From positions 4,448,001 through 4,512,000 of the forward strand of contig OZ245365.1 in the NCBI GenBank assembly GCA_965226495.1: a stretch of DNA of 64,000 bases. The letters are read 5' to 3'. Source of the DNA: Candidatus Marinacidobacterales bacterium. GTDB taxonomy: Bacteria; Acidobacteriota; Vicinamibacteria; Marinacidobacterales; DATDRI01. Below the pieces are notes generated by a model, which was not told the origin of the DNA, did no database searches, and was given only the letters and a program-made list of their open reading frames with translations. The translations under genes were made by a program, and so were the position numbers. Position 1 is the first letter of the stretch. Every line of letters begins with the position of its first letter. This document shows positions 26,469-36,289 of the stretch, in pieces.

Positions 26469-28517
26469 ATGAGCAAATGTCGCATCGCTGTGGACATCGG
26501 TGGCACTTTCACGGACCTGGTAATGCTGGAGGAAGACGGCCAGCTGCGGATGGCGAAGGTTCCCTCGACCCCTCCCGACTACTCCGCGGGTGTTACGAAC
26601 GCCCTGTCGCAAGTGCTCGATGACTTCTCCGAGATGCGGACCTTCGTCCATGGCACGACCGCCCAACTGAATGCGTTCTTGGAAAGAAAAGGCGTCCGCA
26701 CCGCACTCTTGACCACCAAGGGCTTCGGCGATGTGTACGCCATGGGGCGAGGTAGTCGCATTCGCATGTACGATCTGCACTACCGAAACGAGGAGCCCCT
26801 GGTACCCCGCCATTTGACCTTCGAGGTGGAAGAACGCCTGGACGGAGCGGGCAACGTCATCCAACCGCTCAATCAGGACGAGCTCCCGCAGCTCCTCAAA
26901 GAGCTGCAGAAGAGGGACATCAAGTCGCTCGCGGTGTGTTTTCTCCACTCGTATTTGAACCCGGCTCACGAGGAAGCGGTAGCCGAGTTCTTTCGCGAGC
27001 AAGCGCCGAATATTTTTGTGTCTCCGTCGCATCGGGTCTGCCGCGAATGGCGAGAGTTCGAGCGAACGAGCACCGTCGTGCTGAACGCGTACGTTTCGCC
27101 CATCTTGGAGACCTATCTTCGCAAACTAAGGAAAGCACTCGAGGATCGCGGGTACAACAAGAAAGTCTACCTGATGCAATCCAACGGTGGGTTGATCCAG
27201 GCCGCTGAAGCCGAATCGCGGGGCGTGCTGACTCTCATGTCGGGGCCGGTAGGAGGGAGCGTCGGAAGCAAAGCGCTCGCCAAGCAGATGGACGAGCCCA
27301 ATCTCATCTGCGTCGATATGGGCGGGACGAGCTTCGATGTCAGCTTGATCGTCGACGGTCAGACGGCGGTGACGTCGGAAAAGATCCTTGGGGGTTTCCC
27401 GGTGCTGGCTCCGATGGTCGACCTCCACACCATCGGCGCCGGAGGCGGCAGCATCGCGTGGAACGATGCCGGTGCTTTGCGCGTCGGACCTCAAAGTGCA
27501 GGGGCGGCACCGGGGCCGGCTTGTTACGGGCGGGGTGGTGAAGTGCCCACCGTCACCGATGCGAATCTCGTGCTGGGTCGGATCAATCCGGAAACCTCAC
27601 TGGCCGGCGAGGTCGAGCTTTTGCCCGATCGCTCGCTGGCGGTCGTGAAAAAGCTCGGAGACCAGTTCGGGTTGAGCACCGAGAAAATGGCGGAAGGCAT
27701 TATCGATGTCGTGAATTCCCAGATGGCTAACGCTATTCGAACCGTGACGATCAGCAAAGGCATCGATCCACGGACTTTTGGACTAGTCGCCTTTGGCGGA
27801 GCCGGCCCGATGCATGCTGCGCTCATCGCGCGCGAGCTCGATGTCTCTCGGGTGCTCGTCCCGAACGTCGCCGGAGCCTTCTCGGCATGGGGAATGCTGA
27901 AGACAGATCTCCGGCACGACGTTTCGCAAACCTTTATCGAGCCCATGAGCAAACTGGACTGGAAGGATTTGGAGGATCAGTTTCAAAAGCTCGAGAAGGA
28001 TCTGGGGCTCGTGCTGGCGGCGGAGGAGATTCCGCCCGATGACATGAAATTCGTGCGCTCCCTCGACATGCGCTACCTCGGGCAGGAGTACTTCATCAAC
28101 GTACCGCTCCCCGAGAGGCTCGTTCTAGAGAAAAAAGCGGCCCCCGACCTCAAAAAGCTCTTCGACGAGCTCTACGGGCGGGCCTACGGGCACAAGAACA
28201 TGGCGGAGGAAATCGAAGTCGTGAACCTTCGTGTCGAGGCGCACGGGATTCTTCATACTGGAGAGAGGGCGGATTCGAAGAGCGTGGTCTCCCAGACGAA
28301 GTCGAACGACGCAGCGGTCACGCGCTCTGTGATTTTCTATGGGGAGCCCGTCGCAACGAAATTCATTCAGCGCGGAAGCCTAAAACCGGGAGACGCCGAG
28401 GACGGTCCGGTCATCGTGGAGGAGCAATCCTGCACCACTGTCGTTCCTCCCGACTTTCGCCTCAGCATGGACGAGTACTGGAATCTCGTCATCGAACGTA
28501 AGGAGAAAACGCCATGA
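26469..28517 (+). CDS. Hydantoinase/oxoprolinase family subunit A (HyuA-like, ATP-dependent)
   Basis: DIGGTFTD, HGTT, EFERTST, SGPVGG, DMGGTS, GAGGGS, FGGAG. Confidence 0.95.
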   Translation: MSKCRIAVDIGGTFTDLVMLEEDGQLRMAKVPSTPPDYSAGVTNALSQVLDDFSEMRTFVHGTTAQLNAFLERKGVRTALLTTKGFGDVYAMGRGSRIRMYDLHYRNEEPLVPRHLTFEVEERLDGAGNVIQPLNQDELPQLLKELQKRDIKSLAVCFLHSYLNPAHEEAVAEFFREQAPNIFVSPSHRVCREWREFERTSTVVLNAYVSPILETYLRKLRKALEDRGYNKKVYLMQSNGGLIQAAEAESRGVLTLMSGPVGGSVGSKALAKQMDEPNLICVDMGGTSFDVSLIVDGQTAVTSEKILGGFPVLAPMVDLHTIGAGGGSIAWNDAGALRVGPQSAGAAPGPACYGRGGEVPTVTDANLVLGRINPETSLAGEVELLPDRSLAVVKKLGDQFGLSTEKMAEGIIDVVNSQMANAIRTVTISKGIDPRTFGLVAFGGAGPMHAALIARELDVSRVLVPNVAGAFSAWGMLKTDLRHDVSQTFIEPMSKLDWKDLEDQFQKLEKDLGLVLAAEEIPPDDMKFVRSLDMRYLGQEYFINVPLPERLVLEKKAAPDLKKLFDELYGRAYGHKNMAEEIEVVNLRVEAHGILHTGERADSKSVVSQTKSNDAAVTRSVIFYGEPVATKFIQRGSLKPGDAEDGPVIVEEQSCTTVVPPDFRLSMDEYWNLVIERKEKTP

Positions 28518-30238
28518 GCGCGCCGATCGATCCCATCACCACCGAGGTCATCCGGAACGGCTACAACGCGACCGCGGAGGACATGAGCACTGTTCTCGGA
28601 CGGAGCGCCTTCTCACCGGTGATCTACGAATGTCACGACTACGGGATCGGCCTCTTCAACGAAAAGGTCGAGACACTCGGTCAGGCTCCCGGACACCCAT
28701 TCTTCATTGGCGGACTCGATTCCGGCGCCAAAGCGGTGATCGAAAAGTACGGACTCGACGACCTCCACGAGGGGGATGTCTTCACGGTGAACGACAGCTA
28801 CATCACCGGTGGTCACTTGAACGACGTCGATGTGATCAGTGTCTTGACGTACAAGGGCGAGCTCATCGGCTTTGCCGCGATCCGCGCCCATTGGATCGAC
28901 ATCGGTACCGCGGAGCCAGGATTCCCGGTGAACACGACCGAGATTTATCAAGAGGGCGTGCGTTGGGGCGCGACGCGCATCATGTCGCAAGGCGAATATG
29001 TGGAAGACGTGCTGGACATCCTACTTCTCAATAGCCGGCGGCCCAAGACTCTCAGGGGGGACCTGAATGCGCAGGTATCGGCGGCACGCATGGGTGAGAA
29101 GCGCTACCGCGAGCTCATCGATCGGTTTGGCCTGAAGACGTTGCGGGCCTGCACCCAGAATATTTTCGACGCCACCGAGGCGAAGTACCGAAAGTTCATC
29201 GCAACCATTCCGGACGGTGTTTATGAAGCCGAAGGTTACGCTGACGACGATTTCATCACCAAGGATCCCGTCCTGGTGAAGATCAAAGTGACGGTGGCGG
29301 GCGACGAAATGGTCATCGACACCACCGGTTCCAGTAAGCAACGCACCGGCAATATCAACTGCGGCTTCGCCAACACCGTCTCCGGGGCTAGGCTCGCCCT
29401 CGCTTTTCTTTATCCCGACCCTCACCCGGAGGTGAACCACGGGAGCTTCATCCCGCTCGACGTCATCTCCGAGCCGGGCTCGGTCTTTGCGGCCGAGCAG
29501 CCTGCCGCCTGCATGCATCCCCACCCGGGCATGTTGATGCTGGATCTGGTCATCAAGGCGTTGGCACCCGTCCTGCGGGACAACGCGGCTGCCGGACTCC
29601 CGGGTGACTCGTGGAATGTCTTGATCATGGGAGAGCGTCCCGGGAGCCGGGAATTCTACTGTAGCACCGAGGCGCTGGACGGAGGATGGGGAGCCAGCGC
29701 TAAGACAGACGGGGAGAGCGCGCTCATCCACTCCGCTGCCGGGGACTTCCGCAACATCCCGGTCGAATCGCTCGAGGGTCGTTTCCCGATCCGGATCAAT
29801 CGCTTCCAGCTCGGGCAGGACACCGGCGGACCGGGCCATCACCGCGGCGGATTGAACGTGGTCAAGGAGTACGAGTTACTGACCGACTCGCGAGTGACGC
29901 TCCACTTCGATCGCACCCACACGCCCTCCTGGGGACTCTTCGACGGGGAAGCCGGCTCGATCCCCAACGTTACGGTCCATCATCCCGATTCAGACGAAAC
30001 CGAGAAGGTCTTGAAGGTCGAGCAGATGCCCCTTAAGAAAGGTGCGCGGCTGGTGTGCGAGACCGGTGGAGGGGGAGGTTTCGGTAGTCCGCTCGAGCGA
30101 GACCCGGAGCTGGTCCGGGTGGACGCGATGAACGGCTACGTGAGCCACCAGGCCGCAGAAGACACATACGGCGTCGTGCTGACGGGAGAAGACCTCCGGG
30201 TGGACGCCGAAGCTACCAAGAAGCTGCGGAGCAAATAA
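28514..30238 (+). CDS. Hydantoinase B/oxoprolinase family subunit (HyuB-like)
   Basis: GGHLNDV, AHWIDIG, EIYQEG, GDLNAQ, GGGGGFGSP; ATGA overlap with subunit A. Confidence 0.95.
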   Translation: MSAPIDPITTEVIRNGYNATAEDMSTVLGRSAFSPVIYECHDYGIGLFNEKVETLGQAPGHPFFIGGLDSGAKAVIEKYGLDDLHEGDVFTVNDSYITGGHLNDVDVISVLTYKGELIGFAAIRAHWIDIGTAEPGFPVNTTEIYQEGVRWGATRIMSQGEYVEDVLDILLLNSRRPKTLRGDLNAQVSAARMGEKRYRELIDRFGLKTLRACTQNIFDATEAKYRKFIATIPDGVYEAEGYADDDFITKDPVLVKIKVTVAGDEMVIDTTGSSKQRTGNINCGFANTVSGARLALAFLYPDPHPEVNHGSFIPLDVISEPGSVFAAEQPAACMHPHPGMLMLDLVIKALAPVLRDNAAAGLPGDSWNVLIMGERPGSREFYCSTEALDGGWGASAKTDGESALIHSAAGDFRNIPVESLEGRFPIRINRFQLGQDTGGPGHHRGGLNVVKEYELLTDSRVTLHFDRTHTPSWGLFDGEAGSIPNVTVHHPDSDETEKVLKVEQMPLKKGARLVCETGGGGGFGSPLERDPELVRVDAMNGYVSHQAAEDTYGVVLTGEDLRVDAEATKKLRSK

Positions 30239-30356
30239 CCCGGGGTCCAAATAACCCGGGGTCTGATCTAAAATTGTGCACGCACCGGCTGTGCACAAAA
30301 TTGGATCAGACCCTTGTAACATTTCTGGATCTGACCCCCGTTACTGACCCCCGTTA
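30232..30356. repeat. GGGGTC/GACCCC-type REP-like element with short tandem duplications at both ends
   Basis: CAAATAACCCGGGGTC x2 (30232-30263); inverted repeat GGGTCTGATC...TTGTGCAC / GTGCACAA...GATCAGACCC; CTGACCCCCGTTA x2 (30331-30356). Confidence 0.8.
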
Positions 30357-32540
30357 CTTAAGGTAACGATCGAAGTGCTCGGCTAGCCTCGTCATTCCGT
30401 ACCGCGCGTTGTAGTCCTTGGCCGTCCATTCGTGGGGAGAGTTCGGTATCACCACGAACTCGAAGTCCTTCCCCAGCTGCATCAGCTTCTCGGCGAGCGC
30501 GATGGAGTCCTTGAACAAGACGACGCTGTCCCCCATCCCATGCATGATCATCAAGTGATCCTCTAGATCCTCGCCGTAGCTATAGGCGGAGACCTTCTTG
30601 TACACGTCAGGGTGGGTGTTCGGGCGCCCGGCGACGTTCACCTGCCCGGTCATGGCATGCCAAACGTTCGTCGCGGGAGCACTGGCTACGCCGGCTTTGT
30701 AGACCCCGGGTTTCTTGAAGAGGCTCATCGCGGTCATCAAGCCGCCATAACTACTTCCCCACATGCCGACGCGCTCTGCGTCCACATAGGGCAACGTCTT
30801 CAGATACTCGAGACCGCTATATAGATCCTCGATGTCGATACCGCCGTAGTCCCGGATGAGCCCTTCCCGAAAGGGGCGGCCGTAGCCGACGCTCCCCCGC
30901 GTGTCCACTTGAAAGACGATGTAGTCTCCTTCGAGGACGAAATACTGCTGGATCAGACTGTAGAGCCCGCGGAATATCTGTCGATCCCCCCATCGCTTGC
31001 GCACCGAATTGGGATAGACCGGTCCGAGAATGACCGGGTGCTTCTTCGACTTATCCAGGTTGGGTGGCTCCAAGAGACGACCATGGAGCGTCACGCCGTC
31101 CAAGTGGCTCTTAAAGGTGACGTACTTGGGCTCGACCCAGTCGTACTGCGCGAACTCCGCGGAAGGAGAATGCGTGATGCGGCGCTCAGCCGAACCACCT
31201 TCCGAGTCAGCGATGTAGAGCTCGGTCGGCGTCATGTCGTTCGAGTGGAGGAGCGCCACTTTTGAGCCGTCGGGAGACGGATACGGATGATGGACACCGG
31301 GAGTCGATGTGATCTTTTGGATCTTGCCTCCATCCTCGCTCATACGGTAGACGTGACGCTCGTAAGGGCTCTCCTGGGTGGATACGAAAAAGACTTCCTT
31401 GGTGTGAGGGGAGGTCCACAAGAAAGCCGAACCCGACTCTCCGACCACGCTCCACTCACCATCAGTGAGCCGCTTCGCGTCCCTCCCGCCGGCTAGGTCG
31501 AGTGAGTACAAATGATGTCGACCGTCCTTGTCGGAGATGAACACGATTCCCTCGCCATCGCTTTGCCAGGTTGAGTTCCACGCTGATGAAACTCGTGTCG
31601 CCCGGTAGTCGTGCCAGACTTCTCGCAGGGAACCCTCTTCTGGATTCGCGAGGAAGAGCCAGCGATCTTCGGCGTTCTGCGGAGACTGATCGATCAGCAA
31701 CTGATTGCCATCCGGGGACCACGCGAAGTTGGCGACACCACGATCCGTGTTGTCCGGAAGGTTCAACCTCTGTAACTTGCCGGTCCGCACCGAGTAAATC
31801 GCTAAATCGCGCACGTGGTCGTTGTCACCGGGGTAGTCACGGCGCACCCGATGCGCCACCGTTTCCTCCCCCAGGTAATCGGGAATGACGATCTCCCGTA
31901 CCCGGCTTCGGTCATCGATATGAAGCGCGATGTACCGGCCGTCGGGTGACCAACGGTAACGACTCACCTCGACGTCGGGGCGAGAAAAACCCGAACCGCA
32001 ACAGGTATTCAGGATAGAGTCCCCTATCTTGGGTTTCGCGAGACTCGTCGCGCGCACCAGCTCATCCCGGTCATCCCAAAGCCAAAGGTCACCGTCTTTG
32101 AGGAAAGACAGGAACTTGGCGTCCGGCGAAAAGGTGAACGCGCGACCGGAGGCACCTAGGTCCTTGAGGCCGCTCCCGTCCGCATCAATTCGGTAGAGCT
32201 TACCGCGGGAAGCCACCATCAGGCGCTCCCCGTTGGGCGTCCAGACGACTTGCGACACACCGGCATCGCCGAAATCGGTCACCTGCCGCGGCTGGCCCTC
32301 GGAGGCGCCCACCACCCAGACGTCCCGCGCCGCTTGCGCCTTGTCGTTCCACAAGAACGCGAGCTGCGACCCGTCGGGCGACCAGGTAGGTCGCACGGGC
32401 GAGGTACCACTCAAGTAGGGTGGCGACGTGATGCGCTCGATGGTGAGCTCCTGCGCCGGCAGCGACCCCGCCACCACCGCGAACGCTATCCCTAGAAACA
32501 TCAATCTCGTCAATCTCTGTAGGCTCTGCAAACGACCCAT
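30354..32540 (-). CDS. Secreted S9 family serine peptidase (beta-propeller + alpha/beta hydrolase), copy 1
   Basis: GGAGGAGG RBS; signal peptide; WSPDG repeats; GSSYGG, HGMGD, SPHEW triad. Confidence 0.92.
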   Translation of the reverse strand: MGRLQSLQRLTRLMFLGIAFAVVAGSLPAQELTIERITSPPYLSGTSPVRPTWSPDGSQLAFLWNDKAQAARDVWVVGASEGQPRQVTDFGDAGVSQVVWTPNGERLMVASRGKLYRIDADGSGLKDLGASGRAFTFSPDAKFLSFLKDGDLWLWDDRDELVRATSLAKPKIGDSILNTCCGSGFSRPDVEVSRYRWSPDGRYIALHIDDRSRVREIVIPDYLGEETVAHRVRRDYPGDNDHVRDLAIYSVRTGKLQRLNLPDNTDRGVANFAWSPDGNQLLIDQSPQNAEDRWLFLANPEEGSLREVWHDYRATRVSSAWNSTWQSDGEGIVFISDKDGRHHLYSLDLAGGRDAKRLTDGEWSVVGESGSAFLWTSPHTKEVFFVSTQESPYERHVYRMSEDGGKIQKITSTPGVHHPYPSPDGSKVALLHSNDMTPTELYIADSEGGSAERRITHSPSAEFAQYDWVEPKYVTFKSHLDGVTLHGRLLEPPNLDKSKKHPVILGPVYPNSVRKRWGDRQIFRGLYSLIQQYFVLEGDYIVFQVDTRGSVGYGRPFREGLIRDYGGIDIEDLYSGLEYLKTLPYVDAERVGMWGSSYGGLMTAMSLFKKPGVYKAGVASAPATNVWHAMTGQVNVAGRPNTHPDVYKKVSAYSYGEDLEDHLMIMHGMGDSVVLFKDSIALAEKLMQLGKDFEFVVIPNSPHEWTAKDYNARYGMTRLAEHFDRYLK

Positions 32541-32632
32541 GTTCATCCTCCTCCAAACCAGTTTCGGCGTCCGTATCTTATATCGATTCTCGTTTTGTGG
32601 ACTTGGCAATTGGAATCTGTTAAAGAGGTCGG

Positions 32633-34051
32633 ATGTTTCCCGAAGTTCCCCGTGCTCTCCTCTCCAAGAACCCACTGCGACACCTCAAGTTCTACGGCCC
32701 CGGCGCGATCGTTGCCTCGGTCACCATTGGAGGAGGCGAGACGGTCTTCGCGTCGCGAGGAGGCGCCATTTTCGGCTACGCGCTCTTGTGGTGCTTCGTC
32801 CTGGGTGGGGTCCTGAAAGGGATCCAGGTCTATTCCACCATGCGCGTCATGACGCTGACCGGCCTCCATCCGGTGGACTATTGGGTGCGCATGAAAGGGC
32901 CGCGGGCCTGGTTCCCTTGGCTCATGATCGTCGTCAGTTTGATAACCATCCCCAGCATGTTCTCCGCCCTTCCGAAGTTCTTAGCCACCCTCATCGTGTC
33001 CCTGTTCGAAGTCAGAACCGAACGATACGAAGACACCCTGAACCTATTGGCGAGCGCGATTCTCATCGGCTGTGCGGTCCTGGCACTCCGAAGCTCCTAT
33101 CGAGCCCTCGAGTGGACCATGACCGCCATCTCGTTCTTGTTCGCCGCCTTCATCGTGGCGGCCTTTCTCGCCGTCCGGCCCGACACGTTGGCTATCCTCA
33201 AGGGCGTGTTCCTTATCTCGGTTCCCGACTACCCAGATTGGATTCGAGAGACTTACCCCGCCATCGCGGCGAGACCTCCATGGTTGGAGATCCTGACTGC
33301 CGCCGGGATCATCGGTGGCAACGCCGTCGATTATACCGCCTACCTGAGTTTTATCCGCGAGAAACGCTGGGGCCTCGCGAGCCCGACGTCTTCGGGCACA
33401 CCGATCGAGAATCCTCCATCCCCCGCCGCCGAGGATGTTGCCAAGGGGATGAATTGGCTGCGAGCGCCGCGTTTGGATACGCTAGTTTCCTTTGGATTCG
33501 TCACCCTCTTCACCGTGGTCTTTCTCGTGCTCGGAGCTGAGCTTCTCGCTCCCGAACGTGCGGTGCCTGAGGGACCGGCCCTACTGACCGTGCAAGCGCG
33601 CTTTATGACGGAGCTTCATCCGTCGTTTTTTCCCCTTTACGTTATCGGAATCATCATGGTCTTCTTCGGCACCATTTATGGAGCCATGGAGCTTCACACG
33701 CGCGCCTTGTTCGAATGCGGGCGGGTGACCTACCCGAAGCTAGCGGACAGTCTTAGCCGGCCTCTCCGAAGTTTTAGGCTCTTCGTTGTCATCTACGCGG
33801 TCTCGAGTGGCCTGCTCCTCATCTGGAGCGGTTGGGACCCGGTCGCCATCCTGACACCGTCGGTTCTTCTCGGTGGCCTCCTCGCGGCGGGTATGTGGTG
33901 TTTCACGATGTTGTGGGTCGACCACCGCTTCTTGCCCGCCGCGTTCAGAATGGGAAGTGCACTCAAACTCGCCCTCTGGGTTTCTGCCATTTTGTTGTTC
34001 GGCGCCGGAGTGACCTCCTGCTACTATTACGTCCTTTCGTTTTTCCAATAA
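32633..34051 (+). CDS. Nramp-related (MntH-like superfamily) membrane transporter
   Basis: YGPGAIVASVTIGGGE...GAIFGYALLW N-terminal pattern; many TM segments; lacks the DPGN metal-binding motif. Confidence 0.8.
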   Translation: MFPEVPRALLSKNPLRHLKFYGPGAIVASVTIGGGETVFASRGGAIFGYALLWCFVLGGVLKGIQVYSTMRVMTLTGLHPVDYWVRMKGPRAWFPWLMIVVSLITIPSMFSALPKFLATLIVSLFEVRTERYEDTLNLLASAILIGCAVLALRSSYRALEWTMTAISFLFAAFIVAAFLAVRPDTLAILKGVFLISVPDYPDWIRETYPAIAARPPWLEILTAAGIIGGNAVDYTAYLSFIREKRWGLASPTSSGTPIENPPSPAAEDVAKGMNWLRAPRLDTLVSFGFVTLFTVVFLVLGAELLAPERAVPEGPALLTVQARFMTELHPSFFPLYVIGIIMVFFGTIYGAMELHTRALFECGRVTYPKLADSLSRPLRSFRLFVVIYAVSSGLLLIWSGWDPVAILTPSVLLGGLLAAGMWCFTMLWVDHRFLPAAFRMGSALKLALWVSAILLFGAGVTSCYYYVLSFFQ

Positions 34052-34061
34052 GAGGTTTGAA

Positions 34062-35051
34062 ATGGATTTCGGTATTCAGTTCTCGCAGCCCGCTGTCCTG
34101 AACGCCCCACCCGCCACCGCCATGAAAGGCTACCTCGACCTGATCGAGCTGGCTTCGAAGCACGGCTTTCGCTCGTTCTGGTCGGGACAACACTTCATGG
34201 CCGATCGCTACCTCTTGTTTCAACCCCTCACGCTTGCGGCACGCGCCGCGGCGGCGGCGCCAGGGATGCAAATGGGAACCTCGGTTCTCCTGCTTCCCAT
34301 GCTGAACCCGGTAGACGTTGCCGAGCACGGGGCCACCTTGGACGCCATCACCAACGGCGGCTTCATCCTCGGGGCCGGGCTCGGCTATCGGGATGAGGAG
34401 TTCGCGGCCGCGGGCATCCGCAAGGAAGACGTCATCGAGCGCTTCGAGGAATCGATCGAAGTCATCCGACACCTTTGGGAGGAAGCGCCGGCCACTTTCT
34501 CGGGTACTCACTTCAAGATCGAAAACGCCACCATCAACCCCGCGCCGACCCAGAAGCCTCGGCCACCGATATTGGTCGGTGCCTATGCTCTGCGAGCCGT
34601 CAAGCGTGCGGGCCGCATCTCCGACGGGTGGATCATCCCGCCCGAGCTCTTCGCTTCCCTCCTGCAAAAGCGATTCGACCTCTTTCGAGAGTCCGTCGAG
34701 TCCCATCACACGCGAGGAACCATCGCCATGATGAGGGCCTTCCATACGAGCCACGACCCTGAGGAAACCAAGGCCGTCGAGGAGCTTTTGGGAGCCCACT
34801 TCCAGAGAAAGCGCGACTGGGGAATTCTCAAGGGTGAGGACGTTACCAACACCACCGCTTTGGACAACGCACGCGAAGCCGCGATCATTGGAGACCCGGC
34901 TGCGTGCATCCGCAAGATCGAAACCTATCGGGAGCGCTACCGACCGGATCACATCATCCTGCTGATGGGCTTCCAAGGCATCAGCGCCGAGAACCTCGAG
35001 AAGTCGATCCGGATCGCGGGCAAGGAGATCATCCCCCACTTCCAAACATGA
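34062..35051 (+). CDS. LLM-class (luciferase-like) flavin-dependent oxidoreductase
   Basis: GF.SFWSGQHF, NPVDVAEHGATLD, LGAGLGYRDEEF, PTQKPRPPILVG, AVKRAGRISDGW. Confidence 0.92.
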   Translation: MDFGIQFSQPAVLNAPPATAMKGYLDLIELASKHGFRSFWSGQHFMADRYLLFQPLTLAARAAAAAPGMQMGTSVLLLPMLNPVDVAEHGATLDAITNGGFILGAGLGYRDEEFAAAGIRKEDVIERFEESIEVIRHLWEEAPATFSGTHFKIENATINPAPTQKPRPPILVGAYALRAVKRAGRISDGWIIPPELFASLLQKRFDLFRESVESHHTRGTIAMMRAFHTSHDPEETKAVEELLGAHFQRKRDWGILKGEDVTNTTALDNAREAAIIGDPAACIRKIETYRERYRPDHIILLMGFQGISAENLEKSIRIAGKEIIPHFQT

Positions 35052-36289
35052 GCGAGAAGCTCTTCTACGGATGGTGGATCGTCGTCGCGGCCGCCGTCGG
35101 CCTCTTCATGTCGTTCAACCCGATCGTTACCTATACGTTCGGCGTGTTCCTGATTCAACTCAGTGGGGAGTTCGATTGGACGCGCGGACAGATCTCGCTG
35201 GCTTATTCGCTATCTATGTTGGCGTTCGCCGTGGCGCAGCCCTTCGTCGGTCGGATCCTCGATCGCTTCGGCGCCCGAAGAGTCATCGTGCCGGCAGTCC
35301 TCATTTTCGGTGCGAGCTTTGCGTCATTATCCCTCCTGACCTCCAAGCTCGCCCACTTTTATACGGTCTTCCTACTCATAGGCGCAGTGGGAGGGGGCAC
35401 GACATCGATCGCGTACTTCGGGGTTCTCAGCCGCTGGTTCGTAAAACGCCGTGGCATCGCGCTGGGCCTTGCGCTCGCGGGAAATGGGTTGAGCGCTTTC
35501 GTCATGCCGACACTGTCTCAATTCCTCGTGGATAGCTTCGGTTGGCGGCAAGCCTATCTGGTGCTCGGACTTATGTCCGTTGCGGTAAGTATCCCGATTG
35601 TCGTGCTCTTACTACGCGAAACCCCGGAGTCCATGGGGCTGGAACCAGACGGCCGGTCACCGACAAACGCCCAGACGAAGAGTCCCGGCGAGGAGTCCCC
35701 GCCATCAATGAGCGGCCGAGAAGCGATCCGCACCTCGACCTTCTGGCTCATCGTGATCTCTTTTCTTCTCATGTCGACGGCCCTCGTAGGTTGCATGACG
35801 CACTTGGTACCGATGCTGGCCGACCGCGGCCTCACCGCCCAGACCGCCGCCTTCGCGGCATCGGTCCTCGGCGGCGCCACGCTGGTAGGACGGATCACCG
35901 CCGGCTATCTGCTTGATCGGTTCTTCGCGCCCCGTGTGACGCTGACGTTCTTCGCCTTGGGGTTGTTGGGAATCTTACTCCTTTGGAGCGAGGTGACCGG
36001 ACCTCTGGCGTTCTTGGGTGCGTTCGTCATCGGTTTCGCGGCGAGCGCCGATACCACGCTCCCCTACTTGGTGACGAAGTTTTTCGGTCTGAAGGCGTTC
36101 GGAGAGATCTTCGGTTTGGCAGTAGCGTGCAACATCCTGGGCTGGGTGGCCGGCCCGATGATCCTGGGTTTCGCCTTCGACTGGATGGGGTCCTACCGAA
36201 CCATGCTCGGGATGTTGATGGTCGTGCTACTGGTGGCGGTCGGCCTCATGGGTTTTTTGGCGGCACGACGCCCACCCGAGCTCAGCTAG
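35048..36289 (+). CDS. MFS transporter (OFA/MCT-like)
   Basis: Start MSEKLFYGWWIV with ATGA overlap; GRILDRFGARR motif A; WFVKRRGIALG; about 12 TM segments. Confidence 0.93.
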   Translation: MSEKLFYGWWIVVAAAVGLFMSFNPIVTYTFGVFLIQLSGEFDWTRGQISLAYSLSMLAFAVAQPFVGRILDRFGARRVIVPAVLIFGASFASLSLLTSKLAHFYTVFLLIGAVGGGTTSIAYFGVLSRWFVKRRGIALGLALAGNGLSAFVMPTLSQFLVDSFGWRQAYLVLGLMSVAVSIPIVVLLLRETPESMGLEPDGRSPTNAQTKSPGEESPPSMSGREAIRTSTFWLIVISFLLMSTALVGCMTHLVPMLADRGLTAQTAAFAASVLGGATLVGRITAGYLLDRFFAPRVTLTFFALGLLGILLLWSEVTGPLAFLGAFVIGFAASADTTLPYLVTKFFGLKAFGEIFGLAVACNILGWVAGPMILGFAFDWMGSYRTMLGMLMVVLLVAVGLMGFLAARRPPELS

